A stretch of DNA of 28,898 bases, taken from positions 1 to 28,898 of IMG/VR virus record IMGVR_UViG_3300012663_000269; one strand, written 5' to 3'. The notes below the pieces were generated by a model. It worked only from the letters and a program-made list of their open reading frames with translations, searched no databases and had not been told where the DNA came from. Below are positions 1 through 8,487 of this stretch, piece after piece. The translations under genes were made by a program, and so were the position numbers. Each line of letters begins with the position of its first letter. Position 1 is the first letter of the stretch. This DNA is from a virus. Taxonomy: Duplodnaviria > Caudoviricetes.

Positions 1-58
1 CGCAGTAAATACCTGTCGGTGGAAGAACCAAAGACAGAAATTCTGTCCTCGTCAGCAT
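1..58 (-). CDS. 5' end of probable primase-helicase (DUF927-like), truncated by window edge
   Basis: ATG at 58 reads MLTRTEFLSLVLPPTGIYC. The FL..VLP..G.YC start and the position after SSB/HTH match the large primase genes I associate with this phage type. Only 19 codons are visible. Confidence 0.45.
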   Translation of the reverse strand, partial: MLTRTEFLSLVLPPTGIYC

Positions 59-87
59 GGCCGCCCAATCATCCGTCTTTTTAAAAA

Positions 88-148
88 TAAGGTAGGCAGG
101 GATAGTGACGGCAACTACCCTTTTCGGGTGCGCTCCCTAGCCTCCTTA
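88..148 (-). other. Candidate structured leader RNA (three-way junction) upstream of primase
   Basis: Pairings 88-92/144-148, 94-97/140-143 and 98-102/134-138, with inner hairpins 103-106/114-117 and 117-120/126-129. Confidence 0.45.
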
Positions 149-157
149 ACCTGTCCG

Positions 158-397
158 CTAAGACTTACCCAGCATTTTTATTAGTGCTTGCTGGACTGCT
201 TCCTGATAGGCGGGGGGTACGTTGGTTGTACCCTTAAACCAATTGTAGATAGTGGCTCGGGTCACCCCAAAAAACTCTGCCACATCTACCGCTGGTATAT
301 CCCGCTCTATGCACAGGTTGCCTAGTTGGACACCGATCTTACGGGTGTCTGCTGAATTAACAGCCTTAGCAAATCTGGACGCATAGCCCTTACTCAT
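158..397 (-). CDS. XRE/Cro-type helix-turn-helix protein
   Basis: Contains the HTH signature PAVDVAEFFGVTRATIYNWFKG. The start overlaps the end of the upstream gene; alternative start at 403. Confidence 0.8.
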   Translation of the reverse strand: MSKGYASRFAKAVNSADTRKIGVQLGNLCIERDIPAVDVAEFFGVTRATIYNWFKGTTNVPPAYQEAVQQALIKMLGKS

Positions 398-1289
398 CCT
401 CATCCCACTCAGCTAAGATTTTAGTCACGTCCTTCTTAGGTGCAGGGGCGTCTTCTTTCTTAGCGGCGCGCTTTACTGGTTCAGGAGCGTCATCTTCCTC
501 AACTACTGGGGCGGCTTTCTTCGGAGCAGGTGCGGCCACTTGCTCAAACTCTTCACCGTCATCATTCTTAATACCATCGGCCTGCGCAACGGTCATGGTG
601 ATTGCTTTAGTAGCGTCAGGGGACTTACCCTGCTCAAGCGCAACGGTAAACTCTTCGGTCTCTAAGAAACGTGCGGGCTTGAATGTCAGCTTAGCGGTAG
701 AGCTTGCTGTATCAAAACGCATTTCAGTAACTACTGAAGTAATAGGCGCACCCTTACTACCTAACATCTTTGCGTACATCTCCAGAGGCCACTTACCTAC
801 TTCACCTTCACCGAAGATAGATTTAGATGGTAGCGTTAACTGGTACACGTCCCCTCCAATATCGTTCTCAAGCACAACAGCAATACGTCGCTGGTACCGG
901 CATGCGCGGCTATCCCCTTGTCCAGAACCTTTAATGTTCTGCGGGCAGTCTGCGCATTTGCTAGCTTGTGGGTTCGCTGCTTTAGCATCAGGTAAGTCAC
1001 CAGCAGCCGACCAGCAATCAGGGGCGGTAGCTTGCCCTTTCTTATAAACGCCTGCGTAATAGATACGGGAGGTCTTTGGTGCAGCGGCTACGATAACCAC
1101 ATTCATAGCGCGTTCTTCGTTCTGAGCAACTTCCTTACCGTTGACCATCATGCGCCAGATGCCGCCATCAATAGAGATACGTTTAGTTCCGCCGCCACCT
1201 GTACCCATAAGGGCTTTAGTAGTATCGTCAAGTTCCAGTGCACGTAGGTGTGCGGGTAAACCCTTACTCAAAATAGCTAATTCGCTCAT
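390..1289 (-). CDS. Putative single-stranded DNA-binding/recombination protein
   Basis: 299 aa with a beta-rich core, a Cys cluster (CADC..CRY), an Ala/Pro/Lys linker and an acidic aromatic tail EWDEDE. GGAGAG RBS; lies in the replication module. Confidence 0.6.
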   Translation of the reverse strand: MSELAILSKGLPAHLRALELDDTTKALMGTGGGGTKRISIDGGIWRMMVNGKEVAQNEERAMNVVIVAAAPKTSRIYYAGVYKKGQATAPDCWSAAGDLPDAKAANPQASKCADCPQNIKGSGQGDSRACRYQRRIAVVLENDIGGDVYQLTLPSKSIFGEGEVGKWPLEMYAKMLGSKGAPITSVVTEMRFDTASSTAKLTFKPARFLETEEFTVALEQGKSPDATKAITMTVAQADGIKNDDGEEFEQVAAPAPKKAAPVVEEDDAPEPVKRAAKKEDAPAPKKDVTKILAEWDEDE

Positions 1290-1300
1290 TAATTCTCTCC

Positions 1301-1711
1301 TTATTTACGACGAACAATAACCGAATACCGGCTATCAACATTTAACCCCGGCGGGTGCAGGTCAGGGTTATCCTCAAGAAACGAAGCCATGTTGGTTTGC
1401 GCAATGCGCTTCTCCAATAGATTCATAGCCCCGTATGCTTCATGCTCTTTTACGAACTCGTGAAACGAATACCAATCACTTGTCCAGTAACGTTTCTTAA
1501 CTGTACGACTAATTGTGCCAAACGAAGTACGAATACTATCGGCACCTACTGTCTTACATGCTTCTAGTAATTGAAGCTCAATCTCATCTAGCATATCTTT
1601 CAACTCACCATCTTCCTGCTCATACTTATCTGATAACGCCTTACGTGCGTCGCGTATTTTTACATACACCTTAACTAACTTATCAGTGGGTATATTTTTT
1701 GTATCATTCAT
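1301..1711 (-). CDS. Conserved replication-module hypothetical protein with N-terminal coiled coil
   Basis: ATG at 1711 follows a GGAGGG RBS. Helical N-half; lies between the helicase and SSB-like genes. Confidence 0.7.
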   Translation of the reverse strand: MNDTKNIPTDKLVKVYVKIRDARKALSDKYEQEDGELKDMLDEIELQLLEACKTVGADSIRTSFGTISRTVKKRYWTSDWYSFHEFVKEHEAYGAMNLLEKRIAQTNMASFLEDNPDLHPPGLNVDSRYSVIVRRK

Positions 1712-1739
1712 TTTTCCCTCCAAGAAATACTACAACTAC

Positions 1740-1768
1740 ATAATATAATTAAACTTTGACTTTGTCAA
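1740..1768 (-). promoter_or_regulatory. Sigma70-type promoter
   Basis: Minus strand reads TTGACA(1768-1763)-N17-TATTAT(1745-1740), upstream of the ATG at 1711. Confidence 0.7.
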
Positions 1769-3312
1769 ACCTCTTCTAATAAATTTTTATATAAATCTAC
1801 GACGCGTGAGTGGATGTCTATTTTTGCTTCAAGCATCGAGTACATACGCCGTTCTACGGGGGAGCCTTGCAAGTGCACAATAGTTACTGGGTTGCGTTGC
1901 CCTGCGCGATGTGGACGTGCGTTGCATTGCAAGTAAGTTTCTACTGACATGACGGGGGACCAATAGACTACTACATTAGCCGCCGTTAATGTAACCCCAT
2001 GTGACGCAGCTTGAGGTTGAATAATTAATATTTTTGGGTTAGCCTCTGTTTGGAATTTGGCAAATATCTCAGTGCGTTTGTTGACCGGCACCGCGCCGTT
2101 AATTACTTCGCAACTGTACCCAGACTTCCTAAGTTCCTCTGCCACTATTTGTATGGTGTGCTTATACGGAATAAACACAATAACTTTATGGCTTGCCTCA
2201 TCTATAACTTCTTTAAGTGCGGCAATACGGTTAGACGCATCAAACGCAATAGTCTCCCCACTATCCGAATACACCGCACCGCATGATAGTTGCAGTAGCT
2301 TGTTTAAGTTTGCCGCTGCGTTAACTGTTGTAATCTCTTCCCCTGCCGCAGTAGCTATCATATGCTTACGTATGATTTCGTAGAACTTCAACTGTTGTGC
2401 AGTGAGTGGGACTTCTCTAGTTACATAGGTCAACGCAGGTAAGTCTAAGCATTCTTCTTTTGTAAATCGTATAGCCGGCTGCAACACGTTATGCACCGTG
2501 ACCTCAGAGTCAGATTTAGGTGCCCACTTAAACGTGGTTACTTTCTTCATGACCAGATCGCGGAACGACCCAAAGAACTTAGGCACTCCCTTAGGGTTCA
2601 CAATCTTAGCTAACCCATACGCATCTGTAGGGGACTGTGACGCAGGTGTGCCTGTCAACATCCATACCCAAGTAGTCGGGCGGATTATTGCGTTGAGCAC
2701 CTTCCATCGTTTTGTAGCTACAGTTTTATACGCGTTAGCTTCATCTACAACTATTAGGTCAAACTCTTCTGCAATTACTGCATCTTTGATAATGTCCAGC
2801 CCATCAAAATTACATATGACAAACTCCGCCTCACTCTGCACCGCCTTAACCCGCTTGTCCCTAGAATAGCTATGGGCTATTGCTGTTGTGCGGTGCATAG
2901 CAAATCTAAATAGGTCGTTCTGCCACGCGGACTGCATGATCGACAACGGGCATAGGATTAGCACACGTTTAATAATCCCTAGCGACATCAAGTAATCTGC
3001 TGCCCATATAACGCTGCCGGTCTTACCTGTCCCCTGCTCGTTAAAACAGAACGCCCTACGGTGTAAGGTTAAGAACGCAGAAGTTGTTTTCTGATGCTCA
3101 AATGGTCGGTACATTCCCGGCCACTTGTAGTGCGCCAATATGGGGGATGGCACATTCTTGATACGTAAGTTTTTTAATACTTGCGCTTCTTCTAGCCCCC
3201 ACTTAACTAGCACCTCTCCAGAATCTAATATCTTGCTCTTGGGTATGATTTCTGTAATGCGTTGCGGCTCGCGTACTTTGATAAGTAGGGCTTTATTCTC
3301 TATGATCTGCAT
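1765..3312 (-). CDS. SNF2-family (SF2) helicase
   Basis: Walker A EQGTGKT, motif Ia ILCPLS, motif II VVDEAN, motif III LTGTP, motif V HGVTLTAA and motif VI QCNARPHRAGQ. Confidence 0.92.
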   Translation of the reverse strand: MQIIENKALLIKVREPQRITEIIPKSKILDSGEVLVKWGLEEAQVLKNLRIKNVPSPILAHYKWPGMYRPFEHQKTTSAFLTLHRRAFCFNEQGTGKTGSVIWAADYLMSLGIIKRVLILCPLSIMQSAWQNDLFRFAMHRTTAIAHSYSRDKRVKAVQSEAEFVICNFDGLDIIKDAVIAEEFDLIVVDEANAYKTVATKRWKVLNAIIRPTTWVWMLTGTPASQSPTDAYGLAKIVNPKGVPKFFGSFRDLVMKKVTTFKWAPKSDSEVTVHNVLQPAIRFTKEECLDLPALTYVTREVPLTAQQLKFYEIIRKHMIATAAGEEITTVNAAANLNKLLQLSCGAVYSDSGETIAFDASNRIAALKEVIDEASHKVIVFIPYKHTIQIVAEELRKSGYSCEVINGAVPVNKRTEIFAKFQTEANPKILIIQPQAASHGVTLTAANVVVYWSPVMSVETYLQCNARPHRAGQRNPVTIVHLQGSPVERRMYSMLEAKIDIHSRVVDLYKNLLEEV

Positions 3313-3526
3313 AATAAATTTTAATTATTTTTTTAATGGCCGAATCTCGGCTACGGTACTCTGACGTACACCCAACAGCGACTTTGTCTTTTAAGTCGTA
3401 CACAAACGCGCTGTAGTACGGTACGGGCTTATGGTTGTTTTTATAGTTACCATGAGACATTACTCGGTCTACTATTAACTTCCTACCCTCAATCGCTAGC
3501 AACGCAACAAATTCTTCTTCTTCCAT
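3293..3526 (-). CDS. Hypothetical protein
   Basis: ATG at 3526 follows GGAGAGGA; the ORF overlaps the helicase start. Confidence 0.6.
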   Translation of the reverse strand: MEEEEFVALLAIEGRKLIVDRVMSHGNYKNNHKPVPYYSAFVYDLKDKVAVGCTSEYRSRDSAIKKIIKIYYADHRE

Positions 3527-3543
3527 AATGTCCTCTCCAAAGC

Positions 3544-3690
3544 GTAAGCGGGCCAAAGTGAAGTTTTCACTTGGCCTTACGAGTATTACGGCACCTTACG
3601 GGTGCTATTCGGTTAGTTCTCTATCAGGGGAATCTACTACGGAAACTCGATAGCACTAACTGATACGGTTATCGCACTCGTACCTTGCGT
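3544..3690 (-). ncRNA. Candidate multi-stem structured RNA
   Basis: Nested pairings 3578-84/3676-82, 3612-17/3655-60 and 3621-25/3649-53, plus hairpins 3591-95/3601-05 and 3551-62/3566-76. Confidence 0.45.
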
Positions 3691-3695
3691 GACGA

Positions 3696-4010
3696 CTACT
3701 TCTTTTTCTTTTCGCGCTTACTTGTTTCTGAAACTAGGGCGCTAGTTGGGCTACGTTTAAATGAACGGTTCTTTGCGGCGCTCTCAATACGCACCCCATC
3801 TTTATTGGTACCACCTTTAGACAACGCCTTGACGTGAGCAACATCTTTACCTTCACGCTTATCCGCCCTGCCATTACCGTTCTTGTCTACGCTTACTTTG
3901 TCTATCTCACGGCGGGCACGTTGTCGTTCCATGCGGTCTGGTAGTTCCCCGCGTTTCTTTTCCATATCGTACTCGTGCTTGTACGGTCTAGGTGTCTTTG
4001 TATAGGGCAT
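3696..4010 (-). CDS. Small basic HNH-like protein
   Basis: DVAHVKALSKGG-x-N...S...NRS resembles the HNH beta-beta-alpha motif. Confidence 0.6.
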   Translation of the reverse strand: MPYTKTPRPYKHEYDMEKKRGELPDRMERQRARREIDKVSVDKNGNGRADKREGKDVAHVKALSKGGTNKDGVRIESAAKNRSFKRSPTSALVSETSKREKKKK

Positions 4011-4218
4011 AGTATTTACTCGCTTCGATCTCGTATTCTTTTACACCTAAAGAGAAGATTTTAAGTATAGCTTTGTTAGGATGGTCTTCTTTAAACCACT
4101 GTCGGGCAAAATCAATTTTTGGGGCAATGTACGACACCAACGCAACTTTCTTCTCAGGGTTTACTGCCTCTGTAAAAATCATCACGTTGTGCATGTACCG
4201 CTTAACGGTGTTTTCCAT
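3988..4218 (-). CDS. Hypothetical protein
   Basis: 76-aa ORF tiling between the nuclease genes, overlapping both. Confidence 0.55.
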   Translation of the reverse strand: MENTVKRYMHNVMIFTEAVNPEKKVALVSYIAPKIDFARQWFKEDHPNKAILKIFSLGVKEYEIEASKYYALYKDT

Positions 4219-4879
4219 TGTGCATGCAGTCAGTTACGGGGCAGTACCCCTTACAAGTGAAGTTAGGTTGGGCGTTCCATACATCTGATTCTATCGCTGT
4301 CTCTAACCTATGGGTCTCGTCTAGCCATTTTAACCACGCGCTACCCATGCCCTCATCATTAACATAATCCGCCTTTACGAAGTCTTTTGCAACCACAAAA
4401 AGCAATCCGCCCTTAACCTTTTTAACCTTTGGGAAGTGCTTAAACAACGCTAGGGACAGTAGCTCTAGCTGTTTAGTATCTGCATACTTGCTGGACTTGC
4501 CAGTTTTGTAGTCTACGAGATAGGCTTTCTCTTTGTCAATAATAACTAAGTCGGCTATCCCTCTCCACCAAACGTCTTTAGCCATGAAGTCACACGCCTG
4601 GAGGCCCTTCGTTAACCCTAGCTTAATCTCGCAGTGCCTCTCCCCTTTAATTCCCTTGAGGGAATCTAGTTGCTCTTTTATAAAGTTGTACTTCGTAGGG
4701 ATAGGGGTGCCATCACGAATGTAATCCTCCGCTGCCTTATGTACCTCCAGCCCATAGTTAAGATGCTCTTGCGGGGGTTCTACAATATCCTTCTTAACCT
4801 TCAGCCTGTAGTACTTTTGTGGGCATTGGCTAAACAAGTTGATGCTACTGTAGGACCACGTGTACTTAACATTCGCCAT
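4202..4879 (-). CDS. Cas4/RecB-like PD-(D/E)XK exonuclease
   Basis: SYSS...CP, G..VH, GIAD, VDYKTG, QL..., and C-terminal CKGYCPVTDC (four Cys, Fe-S type). ATG at 4879 follows GGGGAG. Confidence 0.88.
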   Translation of the reverse strand: MANVKYTWSYSSINLFSQCPQKYYRLKVKKDIVEPPQEHLNYGLEVHKAAEDYIRDGTPIPTKYNFIKEQLDSLKGIKGERHCEIKLGLTKGLQACDFMAKDVWWRGIADLVIIDKEKAYLVDYKTGKSSKYADTKQLELLSLALFKHFPKVKKVKGGLLFVVAKDFVKADYVNDEGMGSAWLKWLDETHRLETAIESDVWNAQPNFTCKGYCPVTDCMHNGKHR

Positions 4880-6692
4880 ACGACTCCCCGATACCTGACT
4901 CACAGTTCAACGGTAGTCCTGCCGCCCACGCCGGTGTTTGCCGCATACATTCTTCTACGTAGCGTTGTGCTTCTTCTGCTTCTTCCTTGCGGGCTATGCA
5001 AGCTACTGCATCATGTACTGTCAATACCACTTTGTACTTACTGCCGATTTTTAATAGTTGGTCGGCAATGATGCAACGGGCTAATGATTGACAAACGTTC
5101 TCAATAATTTTACCACCGTAAATCTTTACCATACCCTTACGTGTTTTGTATTGGTACTGATCCCATCCATCGTAACTCGTTGTTTTTGTCAGCCCTTCGT
5201 ACCGCTGCATAAGGCCATTAGGCATTACGAACCCAAACTGCTCTGAGTCAAACCCTAGTACCCCTACCCTACCTACGGAAGCCTTTACGTTCCGCACCAT
5301 AGCGTCTAACGAGTTGTTCGCTTCTCGCCAGAGGCCAACGATAGCTGGGTACGTTTCCCGATAAACCGATACGATGCGCTGTGCCTCTTGAAGTGAAATG
5401 TCAGCGCCAAACGTTTTGAGTTGGGATTGGAACTTCGCAGCGCCCATGCCATAACCGGAACCGAGGATGGTTGTTTTGCCCACGAACCTTTCTTCCTTAG
5501 TAATTTGGTCAACTTCCTTGCCATAGATCGCACTAGCCATGATTTTATATACGTCTTCGCCATTCTTAAATGCCTCCACTAAGTCATCTTGCTCAGCCAG
5601 CCACGCCAACACCCGCGCCTCAATCTGTGAGGAGTCCGAATCAATAATCACGTACCCTTCCGGTGCCCGTATAGCTTTCTTTAGCTTGTTAGCGTTCTGC
5701 CCACGGCTAGGTAGGTTCTGCAAATTAATCTTATCGTCCCCACCCCACCGTCCTGTGTGTGCGGCGTAGTACTTAATAGGAACAGGAATTGAGCCTCTCT
5801 TAGCTATATCTATAAAGCGTTGTGTACGTGTCTCTTCAAGAGTGGTTTTATTCCCGAGCCTAGCTGCAACAAGTACCTGCACTCGCACATCAGCATGTTG
5901 CTCAAGCGCCTTAAACCCTTCATCCGTCTTAGCAAACGCCCATGCTTCCTTACCTGTACGTGGGCTTATCTTCGTAGGGGGGTCTACCTTTAAATGCTCA
6001 AGCAACACAGCAAACTTATCGTTGCTCATCAGGGTATCTTTGTCGGCAAAAGCAGCGGCAAGTAGCCTCTCCTTCCTCTCCTTCACATCCTCCAAGTGCT
6101 GCTCCAATAGCGGCAAGTCAAGCACCAACACGGGGGAAATAAACATACGCAGCGTAGCGTCAATAACTTTAAGCTCAGACCGAGGAAACCCTGCACCGAG
6201 AATCTTAAACAGCTTGTACGTTAGCTCGACATCGTTACAGCAATACCCTGCGTACCTAGCTAGTTCTTCTTCGTCAAAGTCTTTACGGTACTTACCCAAC
6301 GCATTACCAACCTCCGTACCTTTCTCCCCAATCTTGTAGTGCTCCGATAGCTTCGCAAGGCTGCCCCCTGCATCCACCCCATGCACTGCACGCGCCATAC
6401 AAAGAGTATCCAACCAACCTTTCGGATTAATCCCAAAACGCCATGACAGTATTGCCCCATCAAACGCGGTGTTATGGGCGAGGACGAAACTTTCTTTCCA
6501 GTTGTACGTAGCGATTGCTTTTGCGATCTCGTCATGGGTTCCCGTGTACCACTTCGTCTCTCCTTCATTTTCCTTAATTCCTATACCAATAGTTTCAAAT
6601 CTATCGTCCCGCACATACTCTTCAGTAGTAAGTTTAGATAGGCTAAAGGTTTTGTCGTAGTACGTTTCGAAGTCAACAGTTATTAGATTCAT
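4866..6692 (-). CDS. polA: DNA polymerase family A with 3'-5' exonuclease domain
   Basis: ExoI DFET, ExoII HN..FD, ExoIII YC..D, TGRW, NLQNLP, motif A DSSQIEAR, motif B RFVGKTTILGSGYG and motif C VHDA. Confidence 0.95.
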   Translation of the reverse strand: MNLITVDFETYYDKTFSLSKLTTEEYVRDDRFETIGIGIKENEGETKWYTGTHDEIAKAIATYNWKESFVLAHNTAFDGAILSWRFGINPKGWLDTLCMARAVHGVDAGGSLAKLSEHYKIGEKGTEVGNALGKYRKDFDEEELARYAGYCCNDVELTYKLFKILGAGFPRSELKVIDATLRMFISPVLVLDLPLLEQHLEDVKERKERLLAAAFADKDTLMSNDKFAVLLEHLKVDPPTKISPRTGKEAWAFAKTDEGFKALEQHADVRVQVLVAARLGNKTTLEETRTQRFIDIAKRGSIPVPIKYYAAHTGRWGGDDKINLQNLPSRGQNANKLKKAIRAPEGYVIIDSDSSQIEARVLAWLAEQDDLVEAFKNGEDVYKIMASAIYGKEVDQITKEERFVGKTTILGSGYGMGAAKFQSQLKTFGADISLQEAQRIVSVYRETYPAIVGLWREANNSLDAMVRNVKASVGRVGVLGFDSEQFGFVMPNGLMQRYEGLTKTTSYDGWDQYQYKTRKGMVKIYGGKIIENVCQSLARCIIADQLLKIGSKYKVVLTVHDAVACIARKEEAEEAQRYVEECMRQTPAWAAGLPLNCESGIGESYGEC

Positions 6693-7066
6693 ATTTTGCT
6701 AGTAGGGGGGTAATGAGTTAGGGCAGGGAACATTTCTAACTGTCCACGATACACAGAGGTGTCGACTTCTTCCTTATACTCTCCGCCTATAACTTCTTTG
6801 CATATAGACTCTTCCACCTTGGCACGAATTAATTTATTTAGTTTATCTTTATAGGCGCTACAGGCTTCAGGTGAAAATACGTTCTCATACATTGGAAGAT
6901 TGTTTAGTATGAGCAGGGTGACATCTTCCCAACGCGTGTTAAAAAACGGAGACGCTTTTGTTTTGTGCGCCCCCATAAGCCACCAATCTGGGTTTAAAAA
7001 CTCCTCAGGGGTAGAGTCCATACGCTTTAGCAACGCGTCAATTGCCGGAGATGTTCCTTTAGCCAT
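6689..7066 (-). CDS. Hypothetical protein
   Basis: ORF with GGAGG RBS, coupled to both neighbours. Confidence 0.65.
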   Translation of the reverse strand: MAKGTSPAIDALLKRMDSTPEEFLNPDWWLMGAHKTKASPFFNTRWEDVTLLILNNLPMYENVFSPEACSAYKDKLNKLIRAKVEESICKEVIGGEYKEEVDTSVYRGQLEMFPALTHYPPTSKI

Positions 7067-7377
7067 CACTTACCTCCCTCGAATAGTTTCACCAACTTAT
7101 CGTAGTGCGTACCTCGCTGCACAATACGTTCTCTAGCGTCACCCTTACTAACAGTAGTTAGTAGTAGCTTAGCTTTTATTAACTCTTGCAGTACCGCATG
7201 TTGTTTAGCTGGGGAAGCGAATTCACACCGACGCATTAAGTCCATTACCCGCAACGGCTTATCACTCTTATCCCAAGCTGTTTGGGCAATGGATAGCATT
7301 TCTAAATGGGCACCGCTTACCTCATATTTATCCCAAGTAATTTGAAGCTTTTCAGTTAGTTTTTGTATCGCGTTCAT
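7066..7377 (-). CDS. MarR-like winged-helix protein
   Basis: VMDLMR..ASPAKQHAVLQELIKAKLL...DARERIV resembles the MarR wing DxR motif. Confidence 0.6.
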   Translation of the reverse strand: MNAIQKLTEKLQITWDKYEVSGAHLEMLSIAQTAWDKSDKPLRVMDLMRRCEFASPAKQHAVLQELIKAKLLLTTVSKGDARERIVQRGTHYDKLVKLFEGGK

Positions 7378-7616
7378 TAAGTTCTCCGTAAGCAGTAATA
7401 ATAAATAGGTTTCTTTGCGCCCTTCTTAGGTAGCGCATACCGCTTGTACACTTTCTTTTCTGCACGTAGTTCCGCTAAGTACCGATGAATACTACGTTCG
7501 CTAACGCTCATCTTCCGAACAAAATCTTTTACGGTCAGCGTGTGTACGGTACTCAATAAGTGCAGTATGTCCAGCTTCCTGCACTCCATCGTGTTTACGC
7601 GGTTCGACTTGCCCAT
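7377..7616 (-). CDS. Winged HTH protein (DeoR/HTH_11-like)
   Basis: ILHLL...LTVKDFVRKMSVSERSIHRYLAEL. Confidence 0.7.
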   Translation of the reverse strand: MGKSNRVNTMECRKLDILHLLSTVHTLTVKDFVRKMSVSERSIHRYLAELRAEKKVYKRYALPKKGAKKPIYYYCLRRT

Positions 7617-7921
7617 GATGTCTTGTCCTTATTAATGCGCTCTAGCATAAGGGGCACATCCTCTAAGTTCTGTTCATTAACAACCAAGCTATACCCACCT
7701 GCTTTGGAAATAAAACTTAAGTTACGCTGTTGCAAAGCAGTAGGGATACCAGTGCCCGCCTTACATTCGATAGCGAAGAACGTACCGTGGTAGCACCCAA
7801 CTATATCTGGCACACCAGAGGCACCGTACCCATGAGTAGCAGGCATGAAATGGTACGCCCCTGCTGCATCCAGTACAGACTTAACCTTCAACTTAACTTT
7901 CTTTTCTGGGGTATTAGCCAT
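7595..7921 (-). CDS. VRR-NUC domain nuclease (putative Holliday junction resolvase)
   Basis: TPE..V, GVPD, FFAIECKA, PTALQ and GG motifs. ATG at 7921. Confidence 0.88.
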   Translation of the reverse strand: MANTPEKKVKLKVKSVLDAAGAYHFMPATHGYGASGVPDIVGCYHGTFFAIECKAGTGIPTALQQRNLSFISKAGGYSLVVNEQNLEDVPLMLERINKDKTSWASRTA

Positions 7922-8144
7922 CGTTCTCTTCCAGTAACATACGGATTTTAGGTATTGGTAAACCTGTTTTATCAAACACTAATAAGATCAACTCGGCAGT
8001 GGGCTTGTTAACCCCATGCCGTATCTTACTTATGTACCCTTGGGTGCAACCTAAAAACCTAGCAAGATCGCTACTAAACTTAAGGTGTTCAACCTCCATA
8101 ACGTAGTCAAACAGTTTGTGTGGCGGTACTGGATTTTGACGCAT
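7914..8144 (-). CDS. XRE-family HTH protein
   Basis: SDLARFLGCTQGYISKIRHG. Confidence 0.78.
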   Translation of the reverse strand: MRQNPVPPHKLFDYVMEVEHLKFSSDLARFLGCTQGYISKIRHGVNKPTAELILLVFDKTGLPIPKIRMLLEENDG

Positions 8145-8475
8145 GTGTTCCTCCGGTTAATACGTTAGTAAGGGCAAGCATCTTCTTCTTACTACGATAC
8201 CGCTGTGTACGTTCGGCATCGGTCATTCTTGCCCGTGGTTTATCTTTCCCTTTACCAAACTTATATATCTGCGTGCAGTCACGCCCCTTCACGTCCTTCT
8301 CCCATCCGCACACATGCACTAGCTTGTACCTGTTAAAGCACCGCATCAAACGCTGCGCTGTTACTAGGTGTATGCCTGTCTCCTCGACCAGATCATGCGT
8401 GGTACAGGGCTCGGCGGTTAGCATCACGAAGATGCGTGCGTACATGTTCTGGTTTAGTTTGCGTTGTTCAGCCAT
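8107..8475 (-). CDS. Putative winged-helix DNA-binding protein
   Basis: TTHDLVEETGIHLVTAQRLM...LVHVCGW with a basic C-terminus. Confidence 0.6.
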   Translation of the reverse strand: MAEQRKLNQNMYARIFVMLTAEPCTTHDLVEETGIHLVTAQRLMRCFNRYKLVHVCGWEKDVKGRDCTQIYKFGKGKDKPRARMTDAERTQRYRSKKKMLALTNVLTGGTHASKSSTATQTV

Positions 8476-8487
8476 TGTTACGGTCTT

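Noticed and set aside
3551-3576. GTGAAGTTT half-site as a tenth palindrome copy
   Set aside because: Only one arm matches, the GTCGAC core is absent, and it is part of a different hairpin.
4202-4879. Cas4 as evidence of CRISPR-Cas
   Set aside because: Stand-alone Cas4-like exonucleases are routine next to phage PolA genes.
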